Shown in pieces: positions 61,518-64,000 of a stretch of 64,000 nt of DNA. Position numbers and translations under genes: made by a program. This DNA is from Carcharhinus amblyrhynchos (taxonomy: Eukaryota). The stretch lies in assembly GCA_965287045.1 (NCBI GenBank), contig OZ336880.1, positions 74,152,001 to 74,216,000 on the forward strand. Reading direction: 5' to 3'. Position 1 is the stretch's first letter; every line of letters begins with the position of its first letter. The notes beneath the pieces were generated by a model that was given only the letters and a program-made list of their open reading frames with translations, was not told where the DNA came from and ran no database searches.

Positions 61518-62221
61518 CCTGTCAGCTACCCATGCAAAGATGGTATACTTTGCAACCAGGCCTCCAAGGCCAAGAGCTGCTCAACAGCCTCATATAAGGC
61601 TATCTGCTGACTCTTGCACTGTAATTGGCACAAACTAGTTATGGCCTCCTGGTGGGAGCCCTTCCTCCCCCTCTTCCAGCTGTCTATTCTGCTTTGTGTG
61701 ACCTCTGCCCGTTCTCCAGGTCAATCTGTAGTTGAAGGGCAATGTCTCGGAGTACAACCATATCTGGCAGCAACGGGTTAATACAAAAAAAACATCGGAG
61801 TCAGCAAAACACTACTTCAGCACCTGCCATCCCACTCCCTGTGGTCTTCTGCAGTTTCAAACAACTCTATAAAGCACCAGCACAGCAACAATCACAAGAA
61901 ATCAACCAGCAAGTAATTTGTAAGTAGTTGACCATCCCTTCAAGAAGAAGAGTGGTCTTCCTACTGCTTAATGTATGTTCAGTTCTGCAATTGTTTAAAA
62001 GAGAGAGCACTGGCATGAGTTCTGAGCTCTGAAATTTCACCCTGGCATCAAATCAGTATTGCATGCAAATTGCTATTGTGACCTTTCTTGCTCTGCATAC
62101 TTCCAGTGGATATTCACAGTATGCACACTAATGCCTGAACCAATATGTTGTCTAGATCAATTGACTCCACAAGTCCGCAATGCAATCTAGATGACATTTT
62201 GGAGCCCTAGCGATGCTTGAA

Positions 62222-62275
62222 GCACCCAACACAATGGGTGCTTCTCGCACCCAACACAATGGGTGCTTCTCGCAC
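62222..62275. repeat. 25-bp perfect tandem duplication of a hairpin
   Basis: gcacccaacacaatgggtgcttctc x2 plus gcac. Confidence 0.92.
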
Positions 62276-62779
62276 AAAGATTTTAACATGCTAATGAACA
62301 ACTTCAGTCCTTTCCTGTTTACCTCCTGTTCTTAATTTCCGAATCTCAATATTTCTGATCTTTTCAGAGCAGGCAGCCTTCTTAACAAGCACCAAGACAA
62401 CTCTCAGGTGGAAGCTAAAAATATTGTGCATTAGCAAGTCTTAGTTATTTAGAGCTTCTATGATGAAAGAAACAGATATAACTTTCCAGTTACCATCTTA
62501 CCATGGGCCAACTGTACAGCTATTAGATTGCCATATCACAAAGTGTTCCAGCATCCCCTTCCCCTCAGTCACTTGTACGCCACAGACCAAGTCTACAATA
62601 ATTGGACTGATATGAGATGGTTTTGAGAAACTCTGGGTTTAAATGCAATTCAAAATGGAACTAGGTGCTGTTAAATAATGTTTTAAATGGAAATATCAAT
62701 TCCTTTGGATTTTACCATCCAATCTTCAACTATCAGGTGATGTTGATGAAGGTTACAATGCCATGGGGGTTGCTTGATG

Positions 62780-63230
62780 CTTCATGATATTTGCAAGGCT
62801 ATAAAATTGCTCGAGATCTTCGTTGTTTGGTTTCTTCACTGCTTTGGCTAATGAATAAACACGATCTGGTTTTTCCGCTTCCTCAAATTGTACTTTCTAA
62901 TTTACTTGACAGAAAATGTGCACATGCAATGGCATCCTGTAATCAGCACTTTCATTCTTCCAGTCAAAGAAGAGGGGGAAAAAAAAGTGAGAACAAGATT
63001 GAAAATGACCGTAAGTGGGTTCAGTCCCGGTGAGCTGTTTATCACAGACTGGAGTCATTCTGCAGCCGATACAAAGTCAAAAGCAACGGATGATTTGACA
63101 TCCAGGTTCGACTGCCACTTTCATGCCAATGGACACCCAATATCACCTCACGTCAACGCAAAAGTAACAGTATATAACTACATTTGCGGAGGGTTTGTTC
63201 TGTCACTTTATGGAAATCTTTTTGCTTAGA
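62780..63230. promoter_or_regulatory. Candidate conserved non-coding element
   Basis: TE-free, CpG-retaining complex block with ETS (CTTCCT), TGACAG and FOX (AATAAACA) motifs. Not aligned. Confidence 0.35.
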
Positions 63231-64000
63231 GAGAGCTGTGAACACTTGGATCTGACTGTGTGGTAAGAAAATAATAATTAAACTGTATACAGCTATTAAC
63301 AGTTTGTGTAAAATAAATTTTAAAAGTGACAGTAGGAGGGAAAAGATAATAAAACCATGACATCAGTTTGAAAAAAATAAATGGGAGAATCTATAGAAGA
63401 AAATTAGAACTGTACAAAGTGTACAGCACAGTACACTGTGTGTATAATTAGAAGGACAGGTATTAAAATGTTATTTCTATGTTGTGACTGTAACATGATT
63501 CTAACCTCTTACCATGCTATAAAGAGTTTTTAACGTGCAACTAAATAATTTCAATCTGTTCCATTTAACTCATTTCCTGTCAAGTTGTTTATTTGTTTTT
63601 CAAACCTTTTATTAGATTGAGGTATGGATAAGGTAATTATCGAAAAATATACGGTTTGGAAGCAGCAGCGAGAAACTACATGAGCAGGGCCCAAAGTGAG
63701 GCATCCATTTTATACAACGATAATGGACACTACTGGCCTCAGTAACAGAAAAGGTGAATGAATGTCCTCAGTGGAAAATAAGAAAGGTTTATATGCTGCA
63801 ACTATACAAGCCAGCCACACAACATTATTAATACGATGAAATATTAATCACACTACTGTGTAGTTACAATGATTAACTGCAAATGTTGACTATTTTTCTT
63901 AAGTTTCTTTGCAGCAAGGGAGTGGCCATGTGCAGGAAGACACTTAACCTCCATCACATTTCTCCTGGATGCACACAGCCAGCCTCTGACCACCTGAGAC

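Larger units (their letters stand above)
9098..64000 (-). other. ZEB2: ZEB2 large intron upstream of the exon (intron 2 equivalent), extends beyond the window
   Basis: No MKQ/MADGPRCKRRKQANPRR exon seen in the window. The corresponding human intron is also very long. Confidence 0.8.

Noticed and set aside
62222-62275. CRISPR-like repeat
   Set aside because: Two abutting units with no spacers, in a eukaryotic intron.

Overview
Vertebrate, almost certainly elasmobranch (shark) genomic DNA, judged from HE1-type V-SINEs, CR1/HER1 tails and DeuSINEs. The window lies inside the ZEB2 (SIP1/ZFHX1B) gene on the minus strand. I can support only one coding exon, 8840-9097 (258 nt, phase 1-1, equivalent to human ZEB2 exon 3). 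Positions 9098-64000 are the large upstream intron and 1-8839 the downstream intron. The introns alternate between TE-poor, motif-dense blocks that look like conserved non-coding enhancers (inferred, not aligned) and clusters of SINEs, CR1/L2 LINE ends, Penelope-like remnants and PIF/Harbinger derivatives, including a Myb/SANT exon relic. The most striking item is a young, roughly 130-155 nt TSD-flanked retro-insert present twice (26723-26877 +, 37981-38111 -). Each copy carries an intact minimal type I hammerhead ribozyme, and one lies in the sense orientation of the ZEB2 pre-mRNA. There is a 140-N assembly gap at 17148-17287. Repeat family names come from recalled consensus sequences, and most repeat and CNE boundaries are approximate.
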